The notes under the pieces were generated by a model that saw only the letters and a list, made by a program, of their open reading frames with translations, searched no databases and was not told the origin of the DNA. DNA of 64,000 bases from Deltaproteobacteria bacterium (GTDB taxonomy: Bacteria > Myxococcota > Kuafuiibacteriia > Kuafuiibacteriales > Kuafuiibacteriaceae), in NCBI GenBank assembly GCA_040218735.1, contig JAVJQW010000011.1:456426-520425 (forward strand). Reading direction: 5' to 3'. The translations under genes were made by a program, and so were the position numbers. Shown here piece by piece: positions 1-10,346 of the stretch (its first letter is position 1; each line of letters begins with the position of its first letter).

Positions 1-76
1 CAAATTCATGCGGGCCTTTTATCTGAGCCCGAATCCGGATCCCACGTCCGCGATGAGTATTCGATTCGAGTACGCG

Positions 77-1105
77 CTACGGCCGCGAATCCGAGTGAGT
101 TTGGAGCCACTCGACGAGCGGGGCGAACACACGTTCGTGACAGGTACGCCCGACGAAGAGATCCGTGTGCGCGTACCAGGTGACTTCGTCGCCGACCTCG
201 AGCACGTCCGCGCGCCCGTCGGTCACCTCGCGCACCGAGCGCGCGGCCGACGGCGGGACGATCCCATCCCGGTTCGCGAGGATGGAGAGGATCGGGACGC
301 GGCTCGCGCGAACACCTTCGGTGACGTTCACACCACCCACCGTGAGATCACGCGACCGCACCCACCTTGCGATCTGTTCGTTGAGTCGAGCGATCGGATC
401 CTCGACGGTCTGCACGAGACGATCGATCTCCGTGAGATCGACGTGCTCGGTGTTCATGTACACCGACAAGAGCCGCGGGAACCGCAACGCGATCGGCAGC
501 ATCCGTCGCGCCGCCGCGCGGGTCCCCTTCACGCGAACGCGGCCCAGCCAGCCCGGCGCGCCGAGCGCGGCCCTCAGCACCGGGTGCGGCTTCGCCCAGA
601 CGAGCGGCGCGCCGATGCCGACGACCGCGCCGAAGGGAGCGTCGCGGTAGTGCGCCAGGTACGTGTAGAGGAACGTCCCGCCGAGGCTGCAGCCGATCAC
701 GTCGAGCCGCTCGCGACCGGTCGTCGTCCGCGACCGCACGGCGTCGATCGCGGCGTGCAGATCCACGAGCGCGAGCGCCTCGAACCCCACGTTCCGATCT
801 CCGCCCGTGGAGCGGGTCTCCCCCTGCCCGCGCAGGTTCGCGGTCCACACCTCGAACCCGCGGTTCACGAGGTACTCGACGATGGGCTCGCCGCCGGGAT
901 GGAACACGAGCGGTGTGGTGTTCATGCAGTAGCCGGGCACGAGCAGCACCGGCCGGCGCACACTCGGCGTCGCACCGAGGTACTGGCGCACGTCGAGGAG
1001 CCATCCGTCCCCGTTGTTCACGGCGTGTCGGCGGACTTCGATGTCGCGCGGGTAACGCCGCGGCGCGGGGGTGTCCAGTGAAACGACTTCAGTGATGCAG
1101 ACCAC
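77..1105 (-). CDS. Alpha/beta-fold hydrolase (lipase/PHA-metabolism-like)
   Basis: PVLLVPGY oxyanion region, GFEVWTANLRG, nucleophile elbow GCSLG, ANRDGIVP (Asp) and YAHTD (His). Start codon uncertain. Confidence 0.85.
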   Translation of the reverse strand: MVCITEVVSLDTPAPRRYPRDIEVRRHAVNNGDGWLLDVRQYLGATPSVRRPVLLVPGYCMNTTPLVFHPGGEPIVEYLVNRGFEVWTANLRGQGETRSTGGDRNVGFEALALVDLHAAIDAVRSRTTTGRERLDVIGCSLGGTFLYTYLAHYRDAPFGAVVGIGAPLVWAKPHPVLRAALGAPGWLGRVRVKGTRAAARRMLPIALRFPRLLSVYMNTEHVDLTEIDRLVQTVEDPIARLNEQIARWVRSRDLTVGGVNVTEGVRASRVPILSILANRDGIVPPSAARSVREVTDGRADVLEVGDEVTWYAHTDLFVGRTCHERVFAPLVEWLQTHSDSRP

Positions 1106-1137
1106 CGGCCGAAGTCCTCCCTGGGCGGTATAGTTCG

Positions 1138-2343
1138 ATGGTGAAGCGCTGGTGGATCGCGGGCCTGATGTTCCTCACGGCCTGCCCGGGCGAGAGCGGA
1201 CCGACCTTCCTGGGCACCCCCGGGGAGCCCCAGGCGGCGCGGCTCGACAGCAACCTGTTCTTCATGCCGACGCGCATCGACGGCCGCGACGCACCGCACC
1301 TCCTCGTCGACACCGGCGCACCGACCGTCGTCGTGGACCCGACGCTCGCGGGCGTGGAGCGCGGGTACCAGGAGGCCGCGTCGTTCGAGATGCTCGGCCT
1401 CGAGTACACCGACTTCGGGTACGTCGCCGACACCCTCATCGCCTCGGACATGGGTGACTACATCGCGGGCGGCGTCATCGGGTGCACCGCGTTCTGCACG
1501 TTCGACACGAGCTTCGACTACCGCGCCGAGACCGTGACACTCGCCGGACCGGGCGCGCCGAGCGACACGATCGAGTCCCACGTGATCGACGTGTCCCTGG
1601 AGGGCGGCGGCCTCACGCGCGACCCCGTCACCGACACGACGTTCGAGGTGCCGACGTCCCGCGTGTTGGTCTCGGCCATCGTCGAAGGACGCCCGCTCAC
1701 GCTCCTCGTCGACTCGGGCGCGAGTGTCACCGTGCTGCGCGCTGCACTCGTGGAGGAGCTGCTCGCCGACGGGCGGCCCACGCTGGAAGCGACCGCGAGC
1801 GGGATGTTCGGGATGGACCAGTCGATCCTGTTCCGCCTCCGCTCGATGTCGGTCGGCGGCGCGGACGTCCCCGACGTGATCGCCGCGCGGAGCGACGGCT
1901 TCGAGGGACTCCTCGACGGTATCTCGGAGGAGACCGGCACGACGATCGACGGCGCGCTCGGCGGGACGGCGCTCCGTGAGTTCCACGTCACCGTCGCGTA
2001 CGACGCCGAGCAGCTCTTGCTCGACCGCTACCCGAACCGCGACCACGTGCGCGACGAAGCCACGCGGATCGGCATCCTCATCGCACAACCCACCGCGACG
2101 AACGTCCCGGTCGGCCAGGTGATCGAAGGCAGCGACGCCGAAGCGCAGGGCGTCGCCGTCGGGGACCGCATCGTCGCGATCGACGGCGTGTCCGTCGCGG
2201 GCCTGAGCGTCGGCGAGATCGCGTACCTCCTCGCCGGCACGAAGGGCGCGACGCGGACGGTGCAGTTCGGCTGCGACGGGTGCGGCGGCTTCACGGGCAC
2301 CCGCACCATCGACGTCGACTACGACGTCCTCGAGCTGCCCTGA
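1138..2343 (+). CDS. Lipoprotein with two retropepsin-like aspartyl protease domains and a C-terminal PDZ domain
   Basis: Lipobox FLTAC; motifs LVDTGA and LVDSGA, each with a downstream GxxG (GGVIG, DGALG); PDZ-like GSDAEAQGVAVGDRIVAIDG. Confidence 0.85.
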   Translation: MVKRWWIAGLMFLTACPGESGPTFLGTPGEPQAARLDSNLFFMPTRIDGRDAPHLLVDTGAPTVVVDPTLAGVERGYQEAASFEMLGLEYTDFGYVADTLIASDMGDYIAGGVIGCTAFCTFDTSFDYRAETVTLAGPGAPSDTIESHVIDVSLEGGGLTRDPVTDTTFEVPTSRVLVSAIVEGRPLTLLVDSGASVTVLRAALVEELLADGRPTLEATASGMFGMDQSILFRLRSMSVGGADVPDVIAARSDGFEGLLDGISEETGTTIDGALGGTALREFHVTVAYDAEQLLLDRYPNRDHVRDEATRIGILIAQPTATNVPVGQVIEGSDAEAQGVAVGDRIVAIDGVSVAGLSVGEIAYLLAGTKGATRTVQFGCDGCGGFTGTRTIDVDYDVLELP

Positions 2344-2403
2344 CCCCGCCCCGTCCCCGCAGGCAGGTTTGCCCGGATCGCGGGTTCACGCTAGATCGCG
2401 GGG

Positions 2404-3720
2404 ATGCATCGGCTCGTGGTCGGCGCCGCGCTCGCTTCGGTGATGCTCTCCTCCGCGGGGTTCGCCGAGGAGCGCGCGATCATCGCGGTGTTCCCGATCG
2501 AGGATCGCACCGAGACGATCCCCGACAAGGAGGTCTCGCAGCTCACCGACTACTTCGGCGTGAAGATCGCCGAGACCGGCCGATTCATCGTCGTCCCGCA
2601 GGCGGACCTCGAGAAGGCGCTGAAGGCCGCGAAGGTCGCGTCGTACAAGTCGTGTGTCGACGAGAGCTGCCAGATCGAGATCGGCAAGGAGCTCGCCGCG
2701 CAGAAGGTGTTGCGCACGCAGATCGTCCAGGTCGGTGATCAGTGCGCCGTGACCGCGACGCTCTACGACCTGCGCATCGCCGCCACGGAAAAGGCCGCGT
2801 CGGTGAAGGGCGCCTGCAACAGCAACGCGTTCGTCGCGTCGCTGGAGCAGACCACGACGAAGCTCGCGGGAACGGATGCCCCCGAACCTGTCGCGAAGGC
2901 GGCGCCGCCACCACCCCCCGCGCCGAAGCCCGCGACCTGGTCGCTGCGCGTGGACGCCGCCCCCGAGGGCGCCGACGTCCTCGTCTCGGGGCGCCGGGTG
3001 GGCAGCGCGCCGCAGACGGTGAAGGTCCCGAAGGACGGCGCCGTCGAGCTCGCGGTCGAGGCCGAGGGGTTCGAGCCGTACACCGAGACGGTTCGCCTCG
3101 ACCGGGACGAGCGACGCAACGTCGCGCTGCGCATGACGGCGGCGCGCAAACGCGCACGGACGGAGTGGTTCGGCGTGTCCCTCGCGGGCGGCCTCGGCCT
3201 GTCCGGTGCGATCGATCTCGGGGCGTGGATCCGCCTCTTCAACATGCACTTCGGGAGCCTGACGCTCACGCCGCTGGACGCGTTCTTCGGCGTCTCGCTC
3301 GCGAGCCACACGACCGCGAGCAACTGCCCCGACGCGGGCACATACCTCTGCGAGGAAGGCGTCGGCGCACCGCACTTCGTGGTCGGTCCGCGGTTCGGCT
3401 ACAAGCTCACGTTCGCCGACGACCACAACCTGGAGTTCTCGCTGGGCGCCGCGTTGATGGCCGTCATCGGGAGCGACGACGACTACCTCGGCCCCGCGAT
3501 CGGCCCGTCGATCCGGTACCTGCACATCGGCGACGGTGCGTTCTCCTGGGGCATCGGGATCCGCGGCCTGATCCCCGTGCTTCCGAAGTCCTGCGACGGC
3601 GTCCTCGCGGACGAGGAACAGCTCAGCAACAGCGGCGGCGCTATCGCGGTCTACGCGCAATGCGCGAACGCCCAGCCGTACTTCATTCAGCTCGAGGTTC
3701 CGCTCGGAGGGTACTTCTGA
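2404..3720 (+). CDS. Secreted PEGA-domain protein with an N-terminal CsgG/TolB_N-like domain
   Basis: Signal peptide; CVDESCQIEIGKELAAQ motif; Pro linker; PEGA-like LRVDAAPEGADVLVSGRRVGSAP; C-terminal beta-rich region ending in Phe. Confidence 0.75.
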   Translation: MHRLVVGAALASVMLSSAGFAEERAIIAVFPIEDRTETIPDKEVSQLTDYFGVKIAETGRFIVVPQADLEKALKAAKVASYKSCVDESCQIEIGKELAAQKVLRTQIVQVGDQCAVTATLYDLRIAATEKAASVKGACNSNAFVASLEQTTTKLAGTDAPEPVAKAAPPPPPAPKPATWSLRVDAAPEGADVLVSGRRVGSAPQTVKVPKDGAVELAVEAEGFEPYTETVRLDRDERRNVALRMTAARKRARTEWFGVSLAGGLGLSGAIDLGAWIRLFNMHFGSLTLTPLDAFFGVSLASHTTASNCPDAGTYLCEEGVGAPHFVVGPRFGYKLTFADDHNLEFSLGAALMAVIGSDDDYLGPAIGPSIRYLHIGDGAFSWGIGIRGLIPVLPKSCDGVLADEEQLSNSGGAIAVYAQCANAQPYFIQLEVPLGGYF

Positions 3721-4208
3721 TGTCGGCCCTGACCCGCACCACCGCCGTCTTCGCCGCGGGGCTCACGTTCGCGTGCGCGCCGGTCGAGTTCGACTACGTC
3801 GACTACGAGCAGACGAACAACCAGCACGACTGGGACTGCCCCAACGACACCTTCAGGTACGAGATGGGCGGCAGCTCGGTCGTCGGCGAAGAGTATCAGC
3901 GGTCACTGACGTGCATGGGCCTCACGACACGTTGCCCGAACCTGAGCATGGGGGAGTTCGAGCCCGGCAGCCCCGAGTGCGAAGAGGCCGTGAACAACGT
4001 CTTCCTCGGGACGTGCGTCGAGGACTTCTTCGCCGCGTTCGACCCGGCGGGCGCGTGCACGTTCGAGGACGGCGTCACGAGCTGGGCGAACGGAGCGCGC
4101 TGGGAGGGCGACCGACCGAACGGCATCGCCTACGACTCGGCCGGGGAGGTCGCGTTCATCGTGACCAGCTCCGGGATCCTCGAGTTCCGCTACGCACGAC
4201 CGCGCTGA
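3720..4208 (+). CDS. Cys-rich hypothetical lipoprotein (162 aa)
   Basis: ATG overlaps the upstream TGA; lipobox TFAC; typical codon usage. This is the 3' part of track ORF 2742..4208. Confidence 0.75.
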   Translation: MSALTRTTAVFAAGLTFACAPVEFDYVDYEQTNNQHDWDCPNDTFRYEMGGSSVVGEEYQRSLTCMGLTTRCPNLSMGEFEPGSPECEEAVNNVFLGTCVEDFFAAFDPAGACTFEDGVTSWANGARWEGDRPNGIAYDSAGEVAFIVTSSGILEFRYARPR

Positions 4209-4254
4209 CGCGGCCTGCCCCGAGCGCACCTGGACCTGGTAGCCTCCGGGCGCT

Positions 4255-6459
4255 TTGGACGAGACGCCCATCCTCGGTCGAGACCTTGTGGACTCGACCA
4301 ACGTCGCGATCGTGCACCTGGATCGCGGCGCCGACCCGGCGGAGCTCGAACGTCTCGTCGCGACGTTCCCCGACGCAAACGTCGTCGCGTTCGACGGGCG
4401 CGCCGAGGCCGTCCTCGCCGCGCGCGCGCTCGACCACGACGTCGTGCTCATGGCGCACGACGCGCGCAAGCTGACGCTCCTCGCGTTCCTCGCCGGCGCG
4501 CGGAAGGTGCTGCTCTACAAGGGCGGCCGAATCGCCGAGGTCGAGCCCGCGCGCTTCCTCGCCGACCGCGCACCGTTCGTCGCGGCCGGGCAGCACCTGC
4601 GGCGCCTGAAGGCCTCCGCCGGGTACGCGTCGGTGACGCCGAGCCACCCGCAGCGGTTCTACGTCGTGTCCTGCGCGCGCAACGCAGGCGCCGCGGCCCT
4701 GCGCTGCCTCGACTCCGTGCACGCGCAGACCCACCCCGCGGATCGCATCGAGCACGTCTACCTCGACGACGCCTCGACCGACGACACCCGCGCGCAGATC
4801 CGCGGTTGGCTCGGCACGCACCCGAACCATCGTGTCACCTACGTCGAGACGGCCGAGCGTCGCGGCGGGACGAAGAACACGCTGGAGCTGTTCCGCGCGG
4901 CGCCGCTCGGATCGATCGTCGTCGAGCTCAACGGCGACGACTGGTTCTTCGACGAGGGCGTCCTCGCGCACCTCGACACCATCTACGCCGACCCCTCGGT
5001 GTGGATGACGTACAACTCCAGCACGTTCGCCGATGGACGGCTTCGCCACCTGAACCGCCCCTACCCCGAAGCGACCGTGCGCGACGCGAGCTACCGCGAG
5101 GACGACTGGTACGCGGGGAGCGTGCGCACCTTCCGCGCCGAGCTGTTCTCCCACGTCGCCGACGACGAGCTGGTCGATCCCGCCACCGGCACGTGGTGGG
5201 AGAGCGCCGACGACATGGTCATCTACCTCGCGCTCCTCGAGCTGTCCGGCGGACACGCGCGACACGTCGAGCGCCCGACCTACGTCTACAACCACCGCGA
5301 GGACTCCGAGGATCGACGCGACCTCTCGGGCGGTCGCAAACGCGGCGAGCGCATCCGCGCGATGCCGCGGCACGAGCCGCTCGCGCGGTTGTCCTCGCGC
5401 CCCCGCGACACTCGCGCCGGGCCGCTCGTGTCGGTGCTGATGCCGGCCTATAACGCGGAGCCGTACGTCGAGGCGGCGATCGGGAGCATCCTCGACCAGA
5501 CCTACGATCACCTTCAGCTCGTGTTCGTCGACGACGGCTCGACCGACGACACCCACGCGATCGCGCGGCGCCTCGCGGACGCGGACGGGCGCATCACGAT
5601 CGTGCAGAAGGAGAACGCGGGCCTCGTCGCCGCGCTCAACCGCGGCCTCGAACACACCGAGGGCGAGCTGATCGCACGCATGGACGCCGACGACGTCTGC
5701 GCGCCCGACCGCCTCGCGCGACAGGTCGAGTTCCTCGGCCGACACCCGGAGGTCGGCGTCGTGGGGAGCTGGGTCGAGCGCATCGACGGCGCCGGGCACC
5801 CCCTCGAAGAGACCTGGGAGACGCCGCTCACCGGCGGGGTCATCGGGTGGCACCTGTTCTTCGAGAGCCCGCTCGCGCACGGCGCGGTGACGATGCGGCG
5901 CCACCTCATCGATCGGATCGGCGGCTACGATCCCGACGCTCCACACGTCGAGGACTTCGCGCTGTGGATGCGGCTCGACACGATCACCGAGCTCGCGAAC
6001 CTCCCGGAGCGTCTCCTGTCGTTGCGCATCCACGGCGCGCGGGTCGGCGTACGTCACCGCGAGGACCAGCTGCGAACGGCCGCGCTCCTGATCGAGCGCC
6101 GCGCCGCGGACTACCTGCGTCGGCCCGTCCCACGGGCGATCGCGAGTGACCTGCTCCGACTTCACCGCTGCATCTTCGACGCCCCCCCGTCGGACGCAAC
6201 GGCGCTCCTCGACACCCTCCTCGATCTCTTCCACGCCTACGCGGCGGATCGTGGTTTGCTGCCGAGCGAGCGGAACGCCGTGCGCTACGACGTCGCGCGC
6301 AAGCTGGCTTTCCTCGCGCGGTGGTGTGCGACCTCCCACGCGGCCGTCGCGGCGCGCGCGGCGGCGGAGGCGCTCCGCATCGACGCCCGCGCGCTCACCG
6401 AGCGCTCCGCGCGACGCGCCCTCCGCGAGGCGCGGCACCGCCTCCCTCGAATGTTGTGA
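4255..6459 (+). CDS. Glycosyltransferase with two GT2-type domains
   Basis: Domain 1: VVSCARNA, YLDDASTD, ELNGDDW. Domain 2: LVSVLMPAYNA, FVDDGSTD, RMDADD, VEDFALW. Confidence 0.9.
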   Translation: MDETPILGRDLVDSTNVAIVHLDRGADPAELERLVATFPDANVVAFDGRAEAVLAARALDHDVVLMAHDARKLTLLAFLAGARKVLLYKGGRIAEVEPARFLADRAPFVAAGQHLRRLKASAGYASVTPSHPQRFYVVSCARNAGAAALRCLDSVHAQTHPADRIEHVYLDDASTDDTRAQIRGWLGTHPNHRVTYVETAERRGGTKNTLELFRAAPLGSIVVELNGDDWFFDEGVLAHLDTIYADPSVWMTYNSSTFADGRLRHLNRPYPEATVRDASYREDDWYAGSVRTFRAELFSHVADDELVDPATGTWWESADDMVIYLALLELSGGHARHVERPTYVYNHREDSEDRRDLSGGRKRGERIRAMPRHEPLARLSSRPRDTRAGPLVSVLMPAYNAEPYVEAAIGSILDQTYDHLQLVFVDDGSTDDTHAIARRLADADGRITIVQKENAGLVAALNRGLEHTEGELIARMDADDVCAPDRLARQVEFLGRHPEVGVVGSWVERIDGAGHPLEETWETPLTGGVIGWHLFFESPLAHGAVTMRRHLIDRIGGYDPDAPHVEDFALWMRLDTITELANLPERLLSLRIHGARVGVRHREDQLRTAALLIERRAADYLRRPVPRAIASDLLRLHRCIFDAPPSDATALLDTLLDLFHAYAADRGLLPSERNAVRYDVARKLAFLARWCATSHAAVAARAAAEALRIDARALTERSARRALREARHRLPRML

Positions 6460-6514
6460 GCGTGGATTCGGATCGCATAGAGTCGGCGCCGTCGTGACGG
6501 GTGGCTACACCGAG

Positions 6515-6985
6515 ATGTACTGCGCGTGGTTCGAGTCGCTCCCGCCGGAGATCGGGCGGGAGCTGGCGCTGAGCCTCATGCGCCTCGCGCCCGGCGGGAT
6601 GCTGGAGTCCGCGATCCTGACCGCGGATCCGCTCGATGGGTTCGTCCCGCGCCTGAAGCGCCTCGCGTCGGATCCGCTCCGCGACGCGGGCACCGCGCTG
6701 ACGCTCGCGACCCTCACCGACTTCACGTTCTTCGAGCGCGGCGATCCCGACACGTGGGACAAAAACGAAGAGATCCTCGAGCTCCTCGACGAGGCGCAGC
6801 AGGCGCTCTACTCCGAAGACGACGCCGTCGCCGGGGACCTGTCGGAGTGGATCGCACAGAACAAGCTGCGCCACCCGCTCCGCGCGCGGCAGTGGATGAA
6901 GGAGCAGAAGTCCTGGCGTGAGCTCCGCGCGGGCGACCTCGCGCCCGAGGCGATTCACCGGGCGCTCAATCGTCCAACCGAGTGA
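6515..6985 (+). CDS. Hypothetical helical protein (156 aa)
   Basis: 3' part of track ORF 6146..6985 from ATG 6515; high GC3 codon usage; fills the gap between genes. Confidence 0.65.
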   Translation: MYCAWFESLPPEIGRELALSLMRLAPGGMLESAILTADPLDGFVPRLKRLASDPLRDAGTALTLATLTDFTFFERGDPDTWDKNEEILELLDEAQQALYSEDDAVAGDLSEWIAQNKLRHPLRARQWMKEQKSWRELRAGDLAPEAIHRALNRPTE

Positions 6986-7394
6986 CCGCGTCGCGCTGCC
7001 ATTGCGCGAGCAGCCGGGTCCAAACCCGACCGAAGGAGCGCGGGTCGATGCGCGACAGATCGATCGGCCCGACCTCCTGCACGAGCGGAAGGCCGGCGAC
7101 ACCGCGAAACGTGGTGGCGAAGTCGAGGGTCGCGCGGCGGCGACGCCCGCGGATGCCGACGCGAACCACGACGTCGCAGTCGGGTAGACGCGCCTGCGCG
7201 TGGGCCGCCGGGATCCAGATCAGCTTGGTCGGGGCCTCGTGTTTGTCGAGGGACGAAGCCAGCGCCGCCTTCAGGCGGGCGCGATCGAGGTGCACGACCC
7301 GCGCGGGCTCCGTGATGCAGACACCGGGCGGCTCGGCGGCGAAGGCGTCGGACGCGCCGAGGAGCAGGACGGCGGAGGCGAGGAGGAGGCGCAC
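6966..7394 (-). CDS. Hypothetical secreted protein
   Basis: Signal peptide MRLLLASAVLLLGASDAFA; GAGGA upstream of the GTG start. Confidence 0.65.
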   Translation of the reverse strand: MRLLLASAVLLLGASDAFAAEPPGVCITEPARVVHLDRARLKAALASSLDKHEAPTKLIWIPAAHAQARLPDCDVVVRVGIRGRRRRATLDFATTFRGVAGLPLVQEVGPIDLSRIDPRSFGRVWTRLLAQWQRDAVTRLDD

Positions 7395-7504
7395 GTCCTC
7401 ACCATTCGGCGGGTGCGGCGCGGGGATGAGCCCGGCGACTCGGGTCGAAACGCTCGCGCGGCGTCGGATTTCGACCGTCGGGGCGGGAATCTCCGCAGGA
7501 TCGG

Positions 7505-9343
7505 TTGCAGTCCGATGAAATTCAGGGTTTCAAGACCCCGATGTACGACAGCATTCCGGCCCGGCTGCAGAAGCGGGGCGAGACCCACGGCCACGAAGTC
7601 GCGCACTACACGAAGTCCGGATCCTCGTGGGAACCGACGACCTACAAGGAGTTCGCGGACGACGTGAAGCAGGCCGCGAAGGCGCTCATCCACCTCGGGC
7701 TCGAGTCGCAGCACACCGTGTGCATCCTCGGGTTCAACCGGTCGGAGTGGGTCGTGTTCGACGTCGCCGCGATGTCCGCCGGCGGGGCCCCCGCGGGGAT
7801 CTACACCACGTGCTCGCCGCCGGAGGTGCAGTACATCATCGACCACGCCGAGGCGCGCATCGTCCTGCTCGAGAACGAGGACCAGTGGGCGAAAGTCGAG
7901 GCCGAGCTCGCGAACCTCCCGAAGCTCGAACACGTCGTGATGATGAAGGGCGCGAAGGTCGAGCACGACAAGGTGATGTCGTGGGAGGAGTTCCTCACGA
8001 AGGGTGACGAGGTCGAGGACGCCGTCTTCGACGAGCGCCTCGGCGCGATCGATCCGAACCAGCTCGCGACGCTGATCTACACGTCGGGCACTACCGGCCC
8101 GCCGAAGGGAGTCATGCTCTCCTTCTCCAACCTGACCGAGACGAGCAACCTCGTCGGCAAGGTCGTGCAGGTCGGCTCCGACGACTCGACGCTGTCGTAC
8201 CTGCCGCTGTCGCACATCGCCGAGCAGATGTTCACGATCCACCTGCCGATCACCTACGGCGTTCAGGTCTACTTCGCGGAGTCGATCGACAAGGTCGCGG
8301 ACAACATCAAGGAGGTGCAGCCCACCGTCGTCTTCGGCGTGCCGCGCATCTGGGAGAAGTTCTACGCGGGGGTCACCGCGAAGATGAAGGAAGCGACCGG
8401 CATGAAGAAGCGCATCGCGGACTGGGCGCAGCGCGTCGGCCGCGAAGCCAACGCGATCAAGAACCAGGGCAAGCAGCCGTCCGGCTTCCTCGCGTGGCAG
8501 TACAACACCGCCAACAAACTCGTGTACTCGAAGGTGAAGCCGGCGCTCGGCCTCGGGCGCGCGCGCTACTGCATCAGCGGCGCGGCGCCGATCGCGAAGG
8601 AGGTGCTCGAGTTCTTCAGCGGCCTCGACGTCATCATCCTCGAGGTCTACGGCCAGAGCGAGGACAGCGGTCCGACGACCTTCAACCAGCCGGGCAACGC
8701 CAAGTTCGGGTCGGTCGGCCCGGCGGTCCCCACCGTCGAGGTGAAGATCGCTGACGACGGCGAAATCGTCGTGAAGGGGCCGAACGTGTTCCTCGGCTAC
8801 TACAAGGACGAGGCCGCCACGAACGACGCGTTGATCGACGGGTGGCTGCACTCCGGTGACCTCGGCAAGTTCGACGAGCAGGGCTTCCTCAACATTACCG
8901 GCCGCAAGAAGGACATCATCATCACGGCGGGCGGGAAGAACATCGCGCCGAAGAACATCGAGGCGGCGCTCAAGAACACGCCGTTCATCGAGGAGGCGGT
9001 GGTCATCGGCGACCGCCGAAAGTTCCTCTCCGCCCTGCTCTTCCTCGACCAGGAGGCGGCGAAGAAGTGGGCGTCCGAAAACGGCGAACCCACGACCGAC
9101 CTGAGGAACAACGCCAAGCTGAAGGCGCTCATCCAGGCGGACGTCGACGGCGTGAACAAGCTGTTCGCGCGCGTCGAGCACGTCCGCAAGTGGACGGTCC
9201 CGGCCAAACCCCTCTCCATCGAGGGCGGCGAGCTCACGCCGACGCTGAAGGTCAAGCGCGCTAAGGTGAACGCCCACTACGAAGAGGACATCGAGTCGAT
9301 GTACGCAGAGGGCGACGCGAAGCAGGCCGAATCCGCCGCCTGA
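7505..9343 (+). CDS. fadD: Long-chain fatty acid-CoA ligase (AMP-dependent synthetase)
   Basis: YTSGTTGPPKG, YLPLSHIAE, YGQSE, GWLHSGDLG, ITGRKKD. Start uncertain. Confidence 0.92.
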   Translation: MQSDEIQGFKTPMYDSIPARLQKRGETHGHEVAHYTKSGSSWEPTTYKEFADDVKQAAKALIHLGLESQHTVCILGFNRSEWVVFDVAAMSAGGAPAGIYTTCSPPEVQYIIDHAEARIVLLENEDQWAKVEAELANLPKLEHVVMMKGAKVEHDKVMSWEEFLTKGDEVEDAVFDERLGAIDPNQLATLIYTSGTTGPPKGVMLSFSNLTETSNLVGKVVQVGSDDSTLSYLPLSHIAEQMFTIHLPITYGVQVYFAESIDKVADNIKEVQPTVVFGVPRIWEKFYAGVTAKMKEATGMKKRIADWAQRVGREANAIKNQGKQPSGFLAWQYNTANKLVYSKVKPALGLGRARYCISGAAPIAKEVLEFFSGLDVIILEVYGQSEDSGPTTFNQPGNAKFGSVGPAVPTVEVKIADDGEIVVKGPNVFLGYYKDEAATNDALIDGWLHSGDLGKFDEQGFLNITGRKKDIIITAGGKNIAPKNIEAALKNTPFIEEAVVIGDRRKFLSALLFLDQEAAKKWASENGEPTTDLRNNAKLKALIQADVDGVNKLFARVEHVRKWTVPAKPLSIEGGELTPTLKVKRAKVNAHYEEDIESMYAEGDAKQAESAA

Positions 9344-9362
9344 TCTTTGCGCGCCGATCGCC

Positions 9363-10346
9363 GTGTCCACCGCCGCCTGCACCGTCGCGCTCCTCGCCAC
9401 GATCGCGGGCACGACCCCCGACCTGCGCCTGAAGCCGACGCTCGCCGCGCCCGGGGCCGAGGATCCGGCGGAGCGCGTGGTGCGTTTCGAGGACGCGGAC
9501 GACGACGTCGACACCTCCCACCCGGCGGTGGTCATCGGCATCACCGCGGGCGTCACCGCGCTCATCGGCGCGTGGGCCGTCGACGCGTGGTGGTCGGACG
9601 GCCTCGAGCCCTTCTCCTTCCGCGACGCGGGTGCGTTCGGGCAGGACACCTACGCCGGCGGCGCGGACAAGATGGGACATGCGTACTCGATGTACGTCGT
9701 CACCCACTCCGTCTACAGCCTCTACCGGTGGCTCGGCATGACGAAGGTCAACGCGGCGCTGTGGACCGGCGCGATCGCGTTCACGGTGTCGAACTGGGTG
9801 GAGCTGATCGACGGGTTCACGCAGTACGGGTTCGAGGGTGGCGACGTCATCGCGAACAGCCTCGGCATCGGGCTCGGCCTCCTCACGAAGCTGTCGCCGC
9901 GGGCGGAGTCACTCGTCGGGTTTCGGTTGAGCTACGTCCCGAGCCCCGATTTCCTGCAGAACGAAAAATCGGTGCTCAAGTGGATCAACGACTACACGGG
10001 CATGACGTATTACCTGGACGTGAAGGGTAAGGGCGTCCTCGAGCTCATGGACCGCGACCCGGGGCTGTTTAGGTACGTCCAGGCGGGCATCGCGTTCAAC
10101 ACGGACCAGTACTCCCCGGTGAAGCGGTGGGAGGAGCGTCGCAGGAATCTCGGCGTTCACGTCGGCGTCTCGATGTCCGAGGTGCTGCGCGCCTGGGGCG
10201 ACGGGGACGAGGGGGTCGAACCGATCGCCACGTTCTTCGACTACTACGCCGTCCCGTTCCTGAACTTCGCATTGATGAAGGACCTCAACGACGGTGGGTG
10301 GTTCATCAACTTCGGAGTGGCGAACCAGTTCGAAAGCCCGCTGTGA
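9363..10346 (+). CDS. DUF2279/YfiM-like protein
   Basis: GADKMGHAY motif, ELIDGF...GFEGGDVIANSLG, DYTGMTYYL. Confidence 0.7.
   Translation: MSTAACTVALLATIAGTTPDLRLKPTLAAPGAEDPAERVVRFEDADDDVDTSHPAVVIGITAGVTALIGAWAVDAWWSDGLEPFSFRDAGAFGQDTYAGGADKMGHAYSMYVVTHSVYSLYRWLGMTKVNAALWTGAIAFTVSNWVELIDGFTQYGFEGGDVIANSLGIGLGLLTKLSPRAESLVGFRLSYVPSPDFLQNEKSVLKWINDYTGMTYYLDVKGKGVLELMDRDPGLFRYVQAGIAFNTDQYSPVKRWEERRRNLGVHVGVSMSEVLRAWGDGDEGVEPIATFFDYYAVPFLNFALMKDLNDGGWFINFGVANQFESPL

Noticed and set aside
77-1105. PHA synthase PhaC
   Set aside because: The nucleophile elbow is G-C-S-L-G (Ser), not G-x-C-x-G.
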